Notes: generated by a model from the letters alone, not told the origin. Numbered from the whole stretch's first letter, positions 37,094 through 50,061 are shown. The stretch is DNA of 63,902 bases, filler included, from Basidiobolus ranarum (GCA_040143965.1; 48 parts of 48 records of this genome joined end to end with filler, not necessarily neighbours in it); one strand, 5' to 3'. Numbers and translations: made by a program.

Positions 37094-37401
37094 TATGAGG
37101 CAAGTTTATAGGATGTGAATTAAGAAAAAAGGGATTCAGAAAGGCTAAGGTGTAATTTTCCTTCACGCCAAGTAAGGGTATGGAAAAGAAGAAACTGTCG
37201 CTACGCCTTGTTGTTTGTGTAAACGGAGTATTACACACAGATTTCAAACTTCGTGAATGTGTTTTCGGTGCAAAACTCATCAGATCACGTGCGAGAGTCA
37301 TNNNNNNNNNNNNNNNNNNNNNNNNNNNNNNNNNNNNNNNNNNNNTTAATTAATTAANNNNNNNNNNNNNNNNNNNNNNNNNNNNNNNNNNNNNNNNNNN
37401 N

Positions 37402-38633
37402 ATATTGGCTTCATAGATGTTTTTAGGAGTTGGGCTGATGATGAGTTGCATACTTTGCAGGTTGGCCAATATTAACTAGGAGGTGGAGTTTGCTTGAATG
37501 TGATAATCTTCTTCTGCCAATTGATTACTGGTTTGTGCTGCATGAGCCATGTGATATTAAGGATGATTGGGTGGTGAGGTGAAGAAATGATATTAAAGCT
37601 ATTTCTTCTTGATGAGCAGTGGACATCAGTGTCATAATGATTGTCTCATGTGTTACAGCATCTGATGATAGCAGCCTTCCATTAATTACTTCTATGAGAA
37701 CTGAATTAGATTTCTTGATTGTTGGGATAGAGTGGGATTTCACAAAGGTAGAGTCAATATAATAGTAGGCAGCACCTGAAACAAGAAGTGCAGTTGTTTT
37801 TATTGACTTGGAATTTGGTAGCAGGAGTGCAATGGGCAGCTTTAGTGATTTGTATGACTGCAGAGATTGCAATCTATGGTGAAGTTACATTTTTGAAAAT
37901 GTTTTGCCCAACTGCATGCCTATTGTTTCAGCTGGGCATTGAGGTTTTCCAAATGTTGGGAAGAGTTCCCTTCTACTTGAATATTGTTGATCTTAAATTC
38001 ATGATTCTTTTTTGGACAGGTTCTTGCTACATGTTCAGGAGCTCCACAATAGAAGCATATATTCACTTGTTGGTATCAATATTTCTCCTCAGGGCTAAGC
38101 TTTCTGAAGCAAGTTCCAACAATTAGCATTGGGTCATCATGTTTGAGCTGTATTTTGTGTTTGCTGGAAAAGAGGTCTGAAAGTAGATGATGAAGGAGAG
38201 AAGAAAGGAGCCATATTTCTGGTTGTTGTCTGTCAAACAACCGGTTGTCACATTAAACTGCCTGGTGGATAGCATCAGTCAAGGTCACTGGGCCAGCCAT
38301 AGTGAGTAAAAGATCCTTAATATTTTCTCGGAGTCCATATTGGAATTGGTTGATAAGGGCAGATTCTCCACAATTGAGATCACAGGCAAGAAGGTGGAAT
38401 TCTGCAGCATAAGTTGATGCAGGTTTTGTCCCATGTATAAGTGCATGGATCTTGGTGGCTGAAGTTCTTTCCTTATCTGCATTTCCAAATGTGGCTTCCA
38501 ATTCATCAACAAAGGCAAGGAAGTTTGATACAAGTGGTGATTGACTTTCCATCAAAGGAGCAAACCAAGCTAGAGCTGTTCCTGATAATAGTGTTCCCAC
38601 TAGGCCTACTTTTGTTTGGTCAGAGAGGGAGCA
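37402..38633 (-). mobile_element. Ty3/Gypsy gag, zinc knuckle and protease, decayed
   Basis: LLSGTALAWF, FQYGL, CFYCGAPEH..C, ALLVSGA (degenerate DSGA). Confidence 0.9.
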
Positions 38634-38733
38634 NNNNNNNNNNNNNNNNNNNNNNNNNNNNNNNNNNNNNNNNNNNNTTAATTAATTAANNNNNNNNNNN
38701 NNNNNNNNNNNNNNNNNNNNNNNNNNNNNNNNN

Positions 38734-39712
38734 TTGGCACTATATGTGGATGACTTAATCATAGCCACAAATGATCTAGAAGCACTTAATCAGACAAAAA
38801 GCAGCTTATCAAACCAATTTCAGATGACTGATATGGGTGAATTAAGTTATTTTCTTGGAATCCAAATCAAGAGAGATAAACCCAATCAGAAAATCATGCT
38901 GAATCAATCTAGATACTTCCTAGACATTCTAAAATACTTCTACATAGAGAATAGCCAGCATGTATCATCACAAATGGCTTCCAATATGAAATTAATTAAA
39001 ATTTCATCTGATTTGGCCCAAAATGACTCAGATCAAAGTCTGGAGTTCCCTCATCAATCCAAGGTGGATAGCTTAATGTATACAATGGTTGGAACATGTC
39101 CAGACATTGCTGTGGCAGTGGGAACTGTCAGCTAATATCTCAAAAATCCAGGATCTGAGCACAAAACAGCAGTAAAACAAATATTCAGGTATTTGAGAGG
39201 AACTGTAGTTCTAGTTCTGGAATACTCTGCCACTCCTGATGCATGAAATTTTGAAGGCTACCGTGATGCACACTGGGGAAGAAACCTTGATTATAGAAGA
39301 TTAACCACTGGATACACTTTTCTCTGTGGTAATGGAACCATAAATTGGAATAGTAAGAAGCAACCAACTATAGCACTTTTCACTATAGAAGCAGAGTATA
39401 TGGCTATCTCTGCCACTACACAAGAAGCTATGTGGCTAAGGAAGTTATTGACAGACTTTGGATGCATGCAAAAATGTGCTATTACAGTATTTGAATATCA
39501 TCAGATTTGTATTTCATTAGCTTAAAACCCTACATTTAATGATAGAACCAAAAAAATAGATATTAGGCATCATTTTGTTAGAGAAGCCATAGAGAATGAT
39601 ATAATTGGACTTGTCTATTGCCCTACTGAAGAAATGATAGCTGATATCTTAACTAAACCTTTTGTTAAAGCACAGTTTGAATTATTAAGATATAAGTTAG
39701 GTTTAAAATAAA
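38734..39712 (+). mobile_element. Ty1/Copia RT-RNase H, 3' end
   Basis: [35 protein letters not shown]. Confidence 0.93.
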
Positions 39713-39737
39713 TAGAAAACAATTAGTAGAGTGGGAA

Positions 39738-39965
39738 TATTGAAAATAGGTAAACAACAACTCATTATTTAGTAGTTAGTGTATTTATATTCTGATAATT
39801 TAGCACTCAATTCTGCCATGCAAAAACATGTGTTTATTGCTCTAATTGATTGAAATATCAATTAGATCACTTTTACCAATTTTCACTATTTTCTCAAAAC
39901 TTCTCCAAATCACCTCAAATTTTCACCCATGCTCAACAGGCATGTTTGTTATGATCATGAAACAC
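39738..39965 (+). repeat. Copia 3' LTR (family C) after the PPT AGAGTGGGAA
   Basis: Homologous to the solo LTR at 41914-42256(-). Confidence 0.85.
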
Positions 39966-40065
39966 NNNNNNNNNNNNNNNNNNNNNNNNNNNNNNNNNNN
40001 NNNNNNNNNTTAATTAATTAANNNNNNNNNNNNNNNNNNNNNNNNNNNNNNNNNNNNNNNNNNNN

Positions 40066-41188
40066 TACTAAAATATTGAAGATTTTTGTGATCACAAGAA
40101 ACTGTGATTTTATGATTTGCTCCATCCAAGTATTGTTGCCATTGCTCAAACGCAGCAATAATTGCTGAAAGTTCCTTGTCATAGATGTCATAGTTGATTT
40201 CTGTGGCAGAGAACTTTCTTGAGTAAAAGGCAACAGGGTGCAGTAAGTTGTCATCATCAAACTGTGATAGTACTGCCCCTAGAGCAAAGTCGGATGCATC
40301 AGTTTCAACAATAAATGGCTTGTCTAGCTTGGGATGTGCCAGGATTGGTGCTGAGGTAAAAGCACTCTTTAAAGTTACAAATGCTTGCTGATAAGATGGG
40401 TTCCAGTCAAATGGGAGTTCTTTCTTTGTGAGGTTTGTTAATGGAGCAGATATTTTGGAATAGTTCTTGACAAACCGTTGGTAAAAGTTTGCAAATCCAA
40501 GGAAAGATTGGACATCTTTCACATTCTTGGGAATATCCCAAGACAGAACAGATTCAACCTTCTTAGGGTCCATGGAGATGCCTGATGGGCTGATGTTATA
40601 TCCAAGGAATTCAACTTGAGCTTGATCAAATTCACATTTCTCAAGTTTAGCATAGAGCCCAGAGGTTTTCAACTTTTCTAGGACTTGGGAAACATGAATA
40701 TTATGTTCTTCTTGAGAGCTTGAGAAGATCAAGATATTGTCAAGGTAGATTACCACAAATTGGTCAAGATACTCTCTGAAGATATCATTCATCATGTGTT
40801 GAAAGACTGCAGGGGCATTAGTAAGTCCAAATGGCATGACATTGTATTCAAAGTGTCCATATTGAGTTCAAAAAGCAGGTTTCCATTGGTTTCCAGGTTT
40901 GATTCTTACAAGATTGTGAGCACCTCTTCAATCAATCTTTGTAAATACCTTGGCTGAAGCAAACTGATCCAAGAGTGAGTTGATTAATGGCAAGGGGACC
41001 AATTTTTGACTGTAATGCTATTTAGGCCTTGATAATCAACACAGAAATGGAGGGATCCATACATTTTCTTAACAAATAAGATTGGACAGCCTGCTGGGGA
41101 CTTTGAGGGTTGGATAAATCCTTTCTCCAGATTTTCTGTAATATACTCTTTCAGAATCTTGAGTTCTGGTTGGGTCAGCCCATATATA
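40066..41188 (-). mobile_element. Ty3/Gypsy RT-RNase H; interrupted at 41189 by LTR-A
   Basis: [56 protein letters not shown]. Confidence 0.96.
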
Positions 41189-41396
41189 TGTTGAAGTTTA
41201 TTGTCTTTATCATATATGTTATCCCTATCTTTATACACCTAACTATTTCATATATCACATATTAGTTAGTCAACATTATTTAGTCAAATATCACTTNNNN
41301 NNNNNNNNNNNNNNNNNNNNNNNNNNNNNNNNNNNNNNNNTTAATTAATTAANNNNNNNNNNNNNNNNNNNNNNNNNNNNNNNNNNNNNNNNNNNN

Positions 41397-42494
41397 CCAG
41401 AAGTCTGCCAATTACATAATTTATGGTCAATTTTTGGTTCTTGATTCTAGCGCCATTACTAGACTCCAAAACCTGTGTGGCAGGCTATTCAGGCCTGTAA
41501 TAGCCTATTAAAACATTTTCTTCATTCTTTTGGTTGAGTCCTGATTTGTGTAATTCTTCATCCAGAAGTCTGCCAAATACATAATTTAAGGTCAAATTTT
41601 CAGTTCTTGATTCTAGAGCCATTACTAGGCTCTGAAACTTGTGTGGCAGGCTATTCATGACTGTAACTATGAAATCTTGATTAGTGGTAGGTACTCCAAT
41701 GCATTCCATTTCATCCACTAAAATAGTGACTTTGTTAATTAGCAATTCATTGTCTTCTCCTGGCTTTATCCTTTAGTTAATCAATGGTCTTATTAGGAAC
41801 ATCTTGTTGGCAGCAGAACTTGTTTGGTAGGTGTCTTCCAAGGCTTTTGATATCATCTTGGCATTTTAGCTCTTGAACATCAAAGTAGCAATTTGTCTTT
41901 AACATTAAGACAATGATAAAAGTGTTTGGGGGATTTGGAAGTTTTTGGACAAGATTTAGATTTGTAAATTAGACACTTAAGTTTTATTGAATTGAACATG
42001 TCCTATTTATAGTTTACTATGAAATAGGACTATTGGACATGCTTGGATCATAACAAATATGCCTGTAAAGCATGGGTGAAAATTTGAGGTGATTTGGAGA
42101 AGTTTTGAGAAAATAGTGAAAATTGGTAAAAGTGATCTAATTAATATTTCTTTCAATTAAACATGTGTTTTTGAATGACAGAATTAAGTGCTAAATAATC
42201 AGAATATGAATAAACCAACTACTAAGTAATGAGTTGCTATTTACCTAATTTCAACAGACAAAATGTGTTAAAGGCACTTTGTCCTTTTTTAACTTGAAGG
42301 AAAAATTTGGTTTCAGATAGCTTTGCATTGTTTTCTCCTTCAACAATAGTGTCACCAAGTCCTTTTCCTTGCAGCAGCTTTTTCATATTAATTTTCCAAA
42401 CTTGATAATTGGTTCCATCCAATTTTTCAGAAGAGAGAAAATTTTCATAAATTTGAGAAGTAGACATTACAGAGAGTGCAAGCTTGGGGCTCAT
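41397..42494 (-). mobile_element. Ty1/Copia gag, split by a solo LTR
   Basis: KLDGTNYQVWKINMKKLL and NSLPHKFQSLVMALE; preceded by a PBS and LTR-B. Confidence 0.9.
41914..42256 (-). repeat. Solo LTR family C with perfect 5-bp TSD GACAA
   Basis: GACAA at 41909-41913 and 42257-42261; TG...CA termini. Confidence 0.88.
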
Positions 42495-42498
42495 AACC
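42487..42498 (-). promoter_or_regulatory. Copia primer-binding site GGTTATGAGCCC (initiator tRNA-Met anticodon arm)
   Basis: Directly follows the LTR-B end TTTAACA (LTR at 42499-42627); complementary to GGGCUCAUAACC. Confidence 0.85.
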
Positions 42499-42727
42499 TG
42501 TTAAAGCATTTGGGACCCTGTTGGAAGTGGTTTGGAGAATTAGAGGAATTGGTGGCTTTCACTTATTGATTTATTGAGTAGAAAGTTGACATTTATAGTT
42601 TTGTCAAGATGTAAACAAACTAACATGNNNNNNNNNNNNNNNNNNNNNNNNNNNNNNNNNNNNNNNNNNNNTTAATTAATTAANNNNNNNNNNNNNNNNN
42701 NNNNNNNNNNNNNNNNNNNNNNNNNNN

Positions 42728-43450
42728 TAAATTTAAGCTATATTCCTCAGATGTAGCTTTACTCACTGATAACAAGTTTTTTGCTATGCAGGCACATATA
42801 GCATGTTTTTCAGTGTCAAATACATGTCCCCCAAGATGCCCCCAAGATCCACTTCAATTTCTCCCACTCTCAGAGCTTCTAGTGGCCAGTCATCACCTGT
42901 CTAACCTTCTTGTTTATGTCAGTGATGATTGTATTAAACCTGTTTTTTTGTTTAGAGAAATGTTGAGAGGCTAATCAATATATCACAACCTACAGTCTGG
43001 TTCAGAGGTCACCAGCAGGGCAGAAATGAATAAAACTCCCTCTTTAGTTGAAACCTGATTTGCTTGTTTAGACTTCTCATTTTGGTTGTAATTTCTTGAT
43101 TTGCAATCTTTTAACTAGTGTCCTGGTTTGTTAAAACCATAGCATAAACCTAGTTTCCTTCTTTTGGCATAAACCTGCTTTCCTTCTTTTCTAACCTTAG
43201 TAATTGCCAAAGCTACATTTTCCAACTCCAAAAAGAGCCACTTCTTCAGATTCTTTTTCCAAAATCTTACTTTTGAGGTGTTGATCCATTAGCCTTGCCA
43301 CCACAAACTCTAAAGACAACTTGTCAGATCTTGCTTCCAAACCTGTGACTAAGCTTGAATACTGCTCTGGTAGACTACTTAGAAGAGTCACAATAACATC
43401 TTTGTCCTCTAAAGTTGCACCAATATTTTCCAGTTGTGTTGTTAAAGATC
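42728..43450 (-). mobile_element. Ty1/Copia gag, Zn knuckle and protease, decayed
   Basis: TLLSSLPEQYSSLVTGLE; CY..KPGH..KDC; paralog of 44059-44440. Confidence 0.85.
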
Positions 43451-43958
43451 CCCTAACAGAAATTTGAGGATTGTTATTGTAGGTAAACTGTCACATTTTA
43501 ATCCATTTGAGATTGACCATTTACTTACCGTCATAAAATTGTCAAGTTAGATTTGATTTTATTCAATTTTTTCAGTTTCAGGAGTGAAACTTCAAGATCT
43601 TGCAAAATAGTTGCAAATGATTGGCTAAAATCTCAGAGAACTATGGATCAACAGATGTGCAAAAAACGTAACTCAAATTTTACACAATTACCACTGTAAA
43701 GCTAATTTGTCACCTTCAAAATCCCTGCTCTCTTTGATATATTCTCCTGAATATTTTTATAGAGTTCTTCATACCCAAGGTTTAGCTCATACCCATCACA
43801 AGTTTGTATCAATATCTCCATCAAAGCCCACCATTGTATTAACATTACTGAATCAACATTCTTCCAGCTATCTGGCAGATACCCTGCAATATTGTGCCAC
43901 TCTGTATTAAGTTCTTCCCAGATATCTGCACGGTCAACACCAGACTGAATGTCAAGTT
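43451..43958. mobile_element. CMC element left end (TIR CCCTAACAGAAAT) inserted in Copia gag
   Basis: Same start as 11442. Confidence 0.88.
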
Positions 43959-44058
43959 NNNNNNNNNNNNNNNNNNNNNNNNNNNNNNNNNNNNNNNNNN
44001 NNTTAATTAATTAANNNNNNNNNNNNNNNNNNNNNNNNNNNNNNNNNNNNNNNNNNNN

Positions 44059-45289
44059 ATAACAGGTTTCAAACAAAGAGGAAGTTTAATTAATTTCTGC
44101 CTTATCTGTGACCTCTGAGCAAGACTGTAGGTTGTGTTATAGTGATTCTGGAGGCTCTCAACATTTCTATAATCATAAAAACTGGTTTAAGACACTCAAA
44201 ACTGACATAAAGAAGAAAATGTATATGTGAGATGACCAGCCACTCATAGCTATGGGAGTGGGAGAAATTGAAGTGGCTCTTGGTGGCATCTCTGAGGACA
44301 TATGTTTGACACCAAAAAACATGCTACATATGCCTGCAATAGCAAAAAATTTGTTATCAGTGAGTAAAGTTACATCTGAGGGATATAGCTTTAATTTTGA
44401 TCAAAATGGCTCTACAATCAGGGATCAAAAAGGAAATTAAGTAGCTTCTGGAGCTAAGCAAAGTAACTTGAACAAACTTCATTGTATTAGGCCAATATAT
44501 GAATAAGTCAAAGCAAATGTGGAAAAAGGTATTTTATGACCTTTATTGCTGTTAAGACAAATTATACTTAGGTGCACTTTCTGGCCAGCAAGGATGAAGC
44601 CTTTGATACCTCCAAGATTATCTATACTGAAAATGGAGGGGGATGTATCTCAAAACTCTTCTCTAACTTCTACTCAACACACGGGATAAGTCAGCAGACT
44701 ACAGTACAATATTCTCCTCAGCAGAATGGAGTAGCAGAAAATGCAAACATATCAATAATAGACAAGGCAAGATCAATGCCTCATGATCAAGATTTACCAA
44801 AACTGTTGTGGGCCAAATTGGTTGCAACTGCGGTATATATTAGGAATAGATGTCCTTTTCAGGAGTCTATTGGCTATGACACCTTATCAAGCCTGGTTTA
44901 GAAGTTAACTTGATGTGGCTAATCCCAGAGTTTTTGGAAGTACTGCATATGCAATGATTCCAGACCAGAAGAGATCAAAATTAGACCAAAAAAGCCAGAA
45001 ATGTCTTTTTTTGGGATATTGTGATGGGACAAAAGGGTACAGACTGTATGACACTGAAAATAAGAAGCTAATCAAGTCAAGGGACGTGGAATTTGCTGAA
45101 GAAGAAAAATTTTCAATCAAAACAATCCAGGATCAAGAAAAACAACCAAAAATTGATGAAAATTCTTCTTTTTCTCACCAGATCCTGATCAGTGAGAAAA
45201 ACATTGAAAATCTCTCACCAGCAGTGTCCTCAACCAAGCCTGAGGTGGTTTCATTGCCTAAATTGGTACCAGAAGTTGTAGTGCCAATT
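44059..45289 (+). mobile_element. Ty1/Copia protease-integrase, decayed
   Basis: DSGGSQH, NLLSVSK, YSPQQNGVAE, KLDQKSQKCLFLGY. Confidence 0.92.
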
Positions 45290-45692
45290 NNNNNNNNNNN
45301 NNNNNNNNNNNNNNNNNNNNNNNNNNNNNNNNNTTAATTAATTAANNNNNNNNNNNNNNNNNNNNNNNNNNNNNNNNNNNNNNNNNNNNTGATTGGATTT
45401 CCTAGTAATGATGGCTCGTGAATGCTCTAAAATCAATATTAAATCAATGATCCTGATTATTAGCAATTGAGGGATATTTGCTTAGGTTCTCGGTTAGATA
45501 TCCCAATTATGATTTATTCAGATTTGCGAATCAATTTCAACTGATTCTTTCGCAATTGGTTAATCTGTCAGAGCCAATAAATGACTATCATGATCTTTTA
45601 AAGAAATGAGTCCACGACTACTACCAAAACTCCTAGTGTGTGAGTAATTACTGACAGAAACCACCTACTATCACAACAAACTACACCAAAAA

Positions 45693-46620
45693 ATGGCTAT
45701 GGCAGTAAGAATACCTCTAATATAATCCCTCTTCGTCCTCAACCCCTTCTTTAAGAAACGTTGAGAACACCTTAAATACGTCTCAATAAGTGAACTTATT
45801 TTCTTTCTAGAGCTTATTCGGTTTAACTCCTCCTGGGGACATCGAAATCACTTTAGATGGCGAAGACCAACGTAAGATGGTTGAAGCGAAAGTAGATAAA
45901 GATCGACGTGAGAAGTTTCCCCTTTATTTAGATGGAGAGTCGGTTTCTGGAAAGGTAAATCCAGTAACCTCTTGTTATTAATTTACCTTAGATTTGTTCG
46001 AATCACATTATAACTAAGTCAGATAATCAGCTCTTGAAAAATCATGTTGAAGTGCCTTCTTTATCCCTCCCTCTCTCTTATTCATTATTCTCGGCTTTAT
46101 TGACACCTTGTCACCACATACAGTTAATTCTAGTTTGAAACACTTGACACACATTTTAACCAAAGTTCATTTAACCTTAGGTTACGGTCAAAGTCAAGAA
46201 CGGTAAACGTTTCGAACACAACGGCATCAAAGTGGAATTTGTGGGAAATATTGGTAAGAATTTATGCCAACAAAGTACTTCAAAATAGCCCCACAACCTT
46301 TTCTGATTAGCACGCACTTCTTCACTTTGATTAGAGTTGTTTTATGACAGAGGTAATCATTACGAATTTCTGTCCTTGGTCCAAGAATTAGCTGTCCCAG
46401 GAGAGATTCGAGAGACTACATCCTTCGATTTTGAATTTAAAAATGTCGAAAAACAATATGAAAGTTATCACGGTATCAATGTCAAATTGAGGTAACTCAT
46501 TGATTCATGCCAAAATATACATAGTAATAATGATACTAATATCAGTCGTTTCTCTTTCCCCCCCCAAGATACTTTATTCGTGGTAGTGTCTCCCGTAGAC
46601 TATCGGATCTCGTTAAGGAG
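45693..46620 (+). CDS. VPS26: Retromer subunit Vps26, partial (exons 45693-45704, 45811-45954, 46181-46253, 46335-46491, 46569-46620)
   Basis: FPLYLDGESVSGKV, EHNGIKVEFVGNIELFYDRGNHYEFLSL, FKNVEKQYESYHGINVKLRYF; GT-AG introns. Missed by the ORF track. Confidence 0.95.
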
Positions 46621-46720
46621 NNNNNNNNNNNNNNNNNNNNNNNNNNNNNNNNNNNNNNNNNNNNTTAATTAATTAANNNNNNNNNNNNNNNNNNNNNNNN
46701 NNNNNNNNNNNNNNNNNNNN

Positions 46721-47951
46721 CTTTTACCACAGTTGATTGGCAACTGTTGCTTGCCACAGACCTGGTACAAGTGGAAAACACTTGTCAATCATATGACTTA
46801 TAATCCTTCAGTAATTAAACTGCCTTCATGTTGAAATGGTTGTTTGGCTTTCACCGGTGATCTGCAAAACTTGAAGTCATGTACTGTTTGCACACAATTG
46901 GCAATCAATGAATCAGATAAATATTGTTCATATTTGGCTTACATACCATTGATTCCCCATCTTAAAGTCTTGATGAAATCACCAAAATATAGATTGTTGA
47001 TCCAATACTGAAGTACTCACTGTAAAGCTGATGGCATTACCAATATACTTGATGGATATCACTACCAGAATCCAAAAAGTTAAGGTTTCTTTGAGAACAT
47101 ATATGATCATGCATTTGCATTGGCTCTGGATGGTTTCTCACCAAACAAATACACCTTTGGAAAAGCTTGCTGGCTAATAATTATAATCAACTTAATTCAT
47201 CCTCCTTCTGAACAGTGTAAGAGTCATAATATTTTGATACCATCCATCATATCTGGACCTCAATCACCAGTGCTTACAGATAGCTTCTTGGAGCCTTTGA
47301 TTGCAGAATTTGAATGTTTATCTAATGGGATTCAGATGGGTGAATAGCATATTAAAGCTAATATCATTGTATATTGGTGACACTCCTGCCATCAGTAAAC
47401 TTGGAGGTTTTTGTTGGCTCAATTCACTATCTTGCTGTAGATTTTGTCAAATCAAGGGAGTTGATTCTAACAGGCATATGCATTACTACTATCCAAATAC
47501 AACACTAAACTTCATGATTTTACCATCAAGAGCCTGGTCAGATTTCAACATGATCACTGATATCAATTCACCAAATAGTCAGTCTAACATCAAACTTGGT
47601 ATTAGCCGTAAGCCTAAGATTATATTGCTAAAGGGGATCAGCTGGTACCAGAGCTCCCCATTAGGCACTATGCACTTACTATTCAACAACATTTGGATAC
47701 TACTTACTCAGCTATATAGTGGAAAATTCAATATGAATGAGCCATTTGAGATAGGATCAAAGTTTGAATCAATTGGGAAAATGCTTGAAAATGTCAAGAT
47801 ACCATCATATTTTACCAGGACTCCCATCAATATCCACTCATCTAGGCGTTTATTCAAATGCAAAGACTGGAAGTATTGGATTTGTATATATTCAAGTAGA
47901 ATTTTGAAACAATTTTTGCCTGATAAGTATTGGCAACATTGGGAGTTGTTT
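46721..47951 (+). mobile_element. CMC transposase core, decayed
   Basis: ALDGFSP, IGDTPAISKLGGF..CCRFCQIKGV, PLGTMHLLFNN. Confidence 0.92.
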
Positions 47952-48051
47952 NNNNNNNNNNNNNNNNNNNNNNNNNNNNNNNNNNNNNNNNNNNNTTAAT
48001 TAATTAANNNNNNNNNNNNNNNNNNNNNNNNNNNNNNNNNNNNNNNNNNNN

Positions 48052-48223
48052 AGTTCTCTGGTACTTGCATATTGTTGATCTTAAATCCATGATTCTTCTT
48101 TGGACAGGTTCTTGCTATATGTCCAGGAGCTCCACAATAGAGGCATAAATTCTCTTGTTGGCATCAATATTTCTCCTCAGGGCTAAGCTTTCTAAAGCAA
48201 GTTCCATCAATTTGCATTGGGTC
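48052..48223 (-). mobile_element. Gypsy gag Zn-knuckle fragment, target of a CMC insertion
   Basis: CLYCGAPGHIARTCP; aligns with 37970-38136. Confidence 0.85.
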
Positions 48224-49282
48224 CCCTAACAAAAATAAAATTAATTTGATCCGGATCAGATCCACCCTCTGAAATAGCAAAACTGTCAGAGAACCATCAC
48301 AATATGGTTGGCTTGCATTCTGCCAGCGATTTTGATAGTGTGATGGCAGCTTCTTGACGGTATCTTAACAGTATTCATACATGTTAAAATATAGATCCTG
48401 AAATTTGGCATGCGTTATTCAATATCCAGCAATTTTTACAAAAATATAATTTTGAATGGCAAATTACTGGGTTCACTGCTGTAGGAATCCAAATTGATAT
48501 GCATGCCTTTATTCAGATATTTTAGGCTTTGTATTCCAGCAATAATGAGAAACAAAAAATACAAGAGTCTTGTTGTGTTTAGTCTCTACATATGCACCTA
48601 CTTGACTGATGAGACATAACTCAACAACACCAATATGCCTTACCAGCAAACTAATAGTGGAAAAATTGCTAAACATATAAAATGTTGAATAGCACTGACA
48701 CTTGGCAAATAGCTGACTCTTGTTACTGTTCACAATGAGAATAAGATCTTGGATTTTGGCAAATTTCTGTAAAGAATTCAGCCAATATATCCCCAACTTG
48801 CAGTTAACAAATATCCTGCCACAAGTAGATGTGTCATTGCTTGGATAGATTACCCCATGGTTTAAATGATAATATTGTGTATCTCCATCAATCTCAACCA
48901 AGAAGTCTGTCTTGCAGCCTTCCTAAAAATACCATCAGATTATCACACAAGCAAATTAGTCCAATTATAAAGGTGCTTACTCTGTGTCCATGGATTGGGC
49001 TTTGTTGCTGTTATTGTGCTCAAGCAATGTGAAAACCCATGAGCACATTAAAAAGAGCCCTTTGTTGGCAGGTTAATATGCTCTGGAGTCTCCTTAACCC
49101 ATTGCATTACATCCATCACTGATTTTGCTGATAAATTGTTTATCAGATTAGCATACAGTAATACTGATGATTTCACATGGAGCCTCATTTCACTGCAGGT
49201 GTGCTCCATTGGGAACTCCCAGAATGTATAGCAAGGGCCTATAATCTCTAAGCATTGTGAAAGATGCATCAGGGAATATATT
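48224..49282 (-). mobile_element. CMC element right end (TIR CCCTAACAAAAAT) and transposase C-terminus
   Basis: Junction defined by the empty site at ~38130 (GGGTC|ATC); WEFPMEH motif. Confidence 0.92.
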
Positions 49283-49382
49283 NNNNNNNNNNNNNNNNNN
49301 NNNNNNNNNNNNNNNNNNNNNNNNNNTTAATTAATTAANNNNNNNNNNNNNNNNNNNNNNNNNNNNNNNNNNNNNNNNNNNN

Positions 49383-50061
49383 TAGTATAGGTGCATTGGC
49401 TAATGATTCAAGGGTCTACGGGAAATATAGCCACGCCATAATCATTGAACACAACCAAATGATAGAGTTGGTAATCAACAATTGGGATGGTGATAGTCAC
49501 CCATTTCATCTACATGGACATCAGTTCCAAGTGATGGAGCGTAGCGAGGAGAATGCGGGTGGATACGACTACACCAACAAGCCGGTTAAAGAGCAGGCCA
49601 ATCCCATACGTAGAGATACTGTTCAAGTACCTGCTAACGGTTATGTGGTTATCAGATTTCGCGCTGATAATCCCGGAATATGGCCATTTCATTGTCACAT
49701 TGAATGGCATTTCGAGGCTGGATTGGCTGTAACCATTATTGAAGCACCACAACAAATTCAAGAGCGCATAAAAATCCCCCAACAACTCTTCGATAATTGC
49801 AACGTGTACGGGATTCAAACCACTGGAAATGCAGCCGGTAAACAAGGATTGGACTTGAGTGGCTATTTGGCTGGGCCGAATCCGTTACCTGGTAAATTTA
49901 CCGCCAAAGGGATCTGGGCAATGGTGGGATGTATTTTATCAGCGCTGCTCGGAATAGGCACATTGATATGGTTTTCCAAAGACGAAGCTGCCCCAGTTGA
50001 CACTAGTACGATCGAACATGAAAAAAAGGGAGCTACTGTCGAAGAAGTTCAGGGATCCTAA
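49383..50061 (+). CDS. FET3: Fet3-like membrane-anchored multicopper oxidase, C-terminal fragment
   Basis: HPFHLHGH, RRDT, ADNPGIWPFHCHIEWH and a C-terminal TM helix (GIWAMVGCILSALLGIGTLIWF). Confidence 0.88.

Noticed and set aside
33404-50061. Apparent cluster of UAP1, QCR2, VPS26 and FET3
   Set aside because: These genes are on separate contigs, so there is no synteny information.
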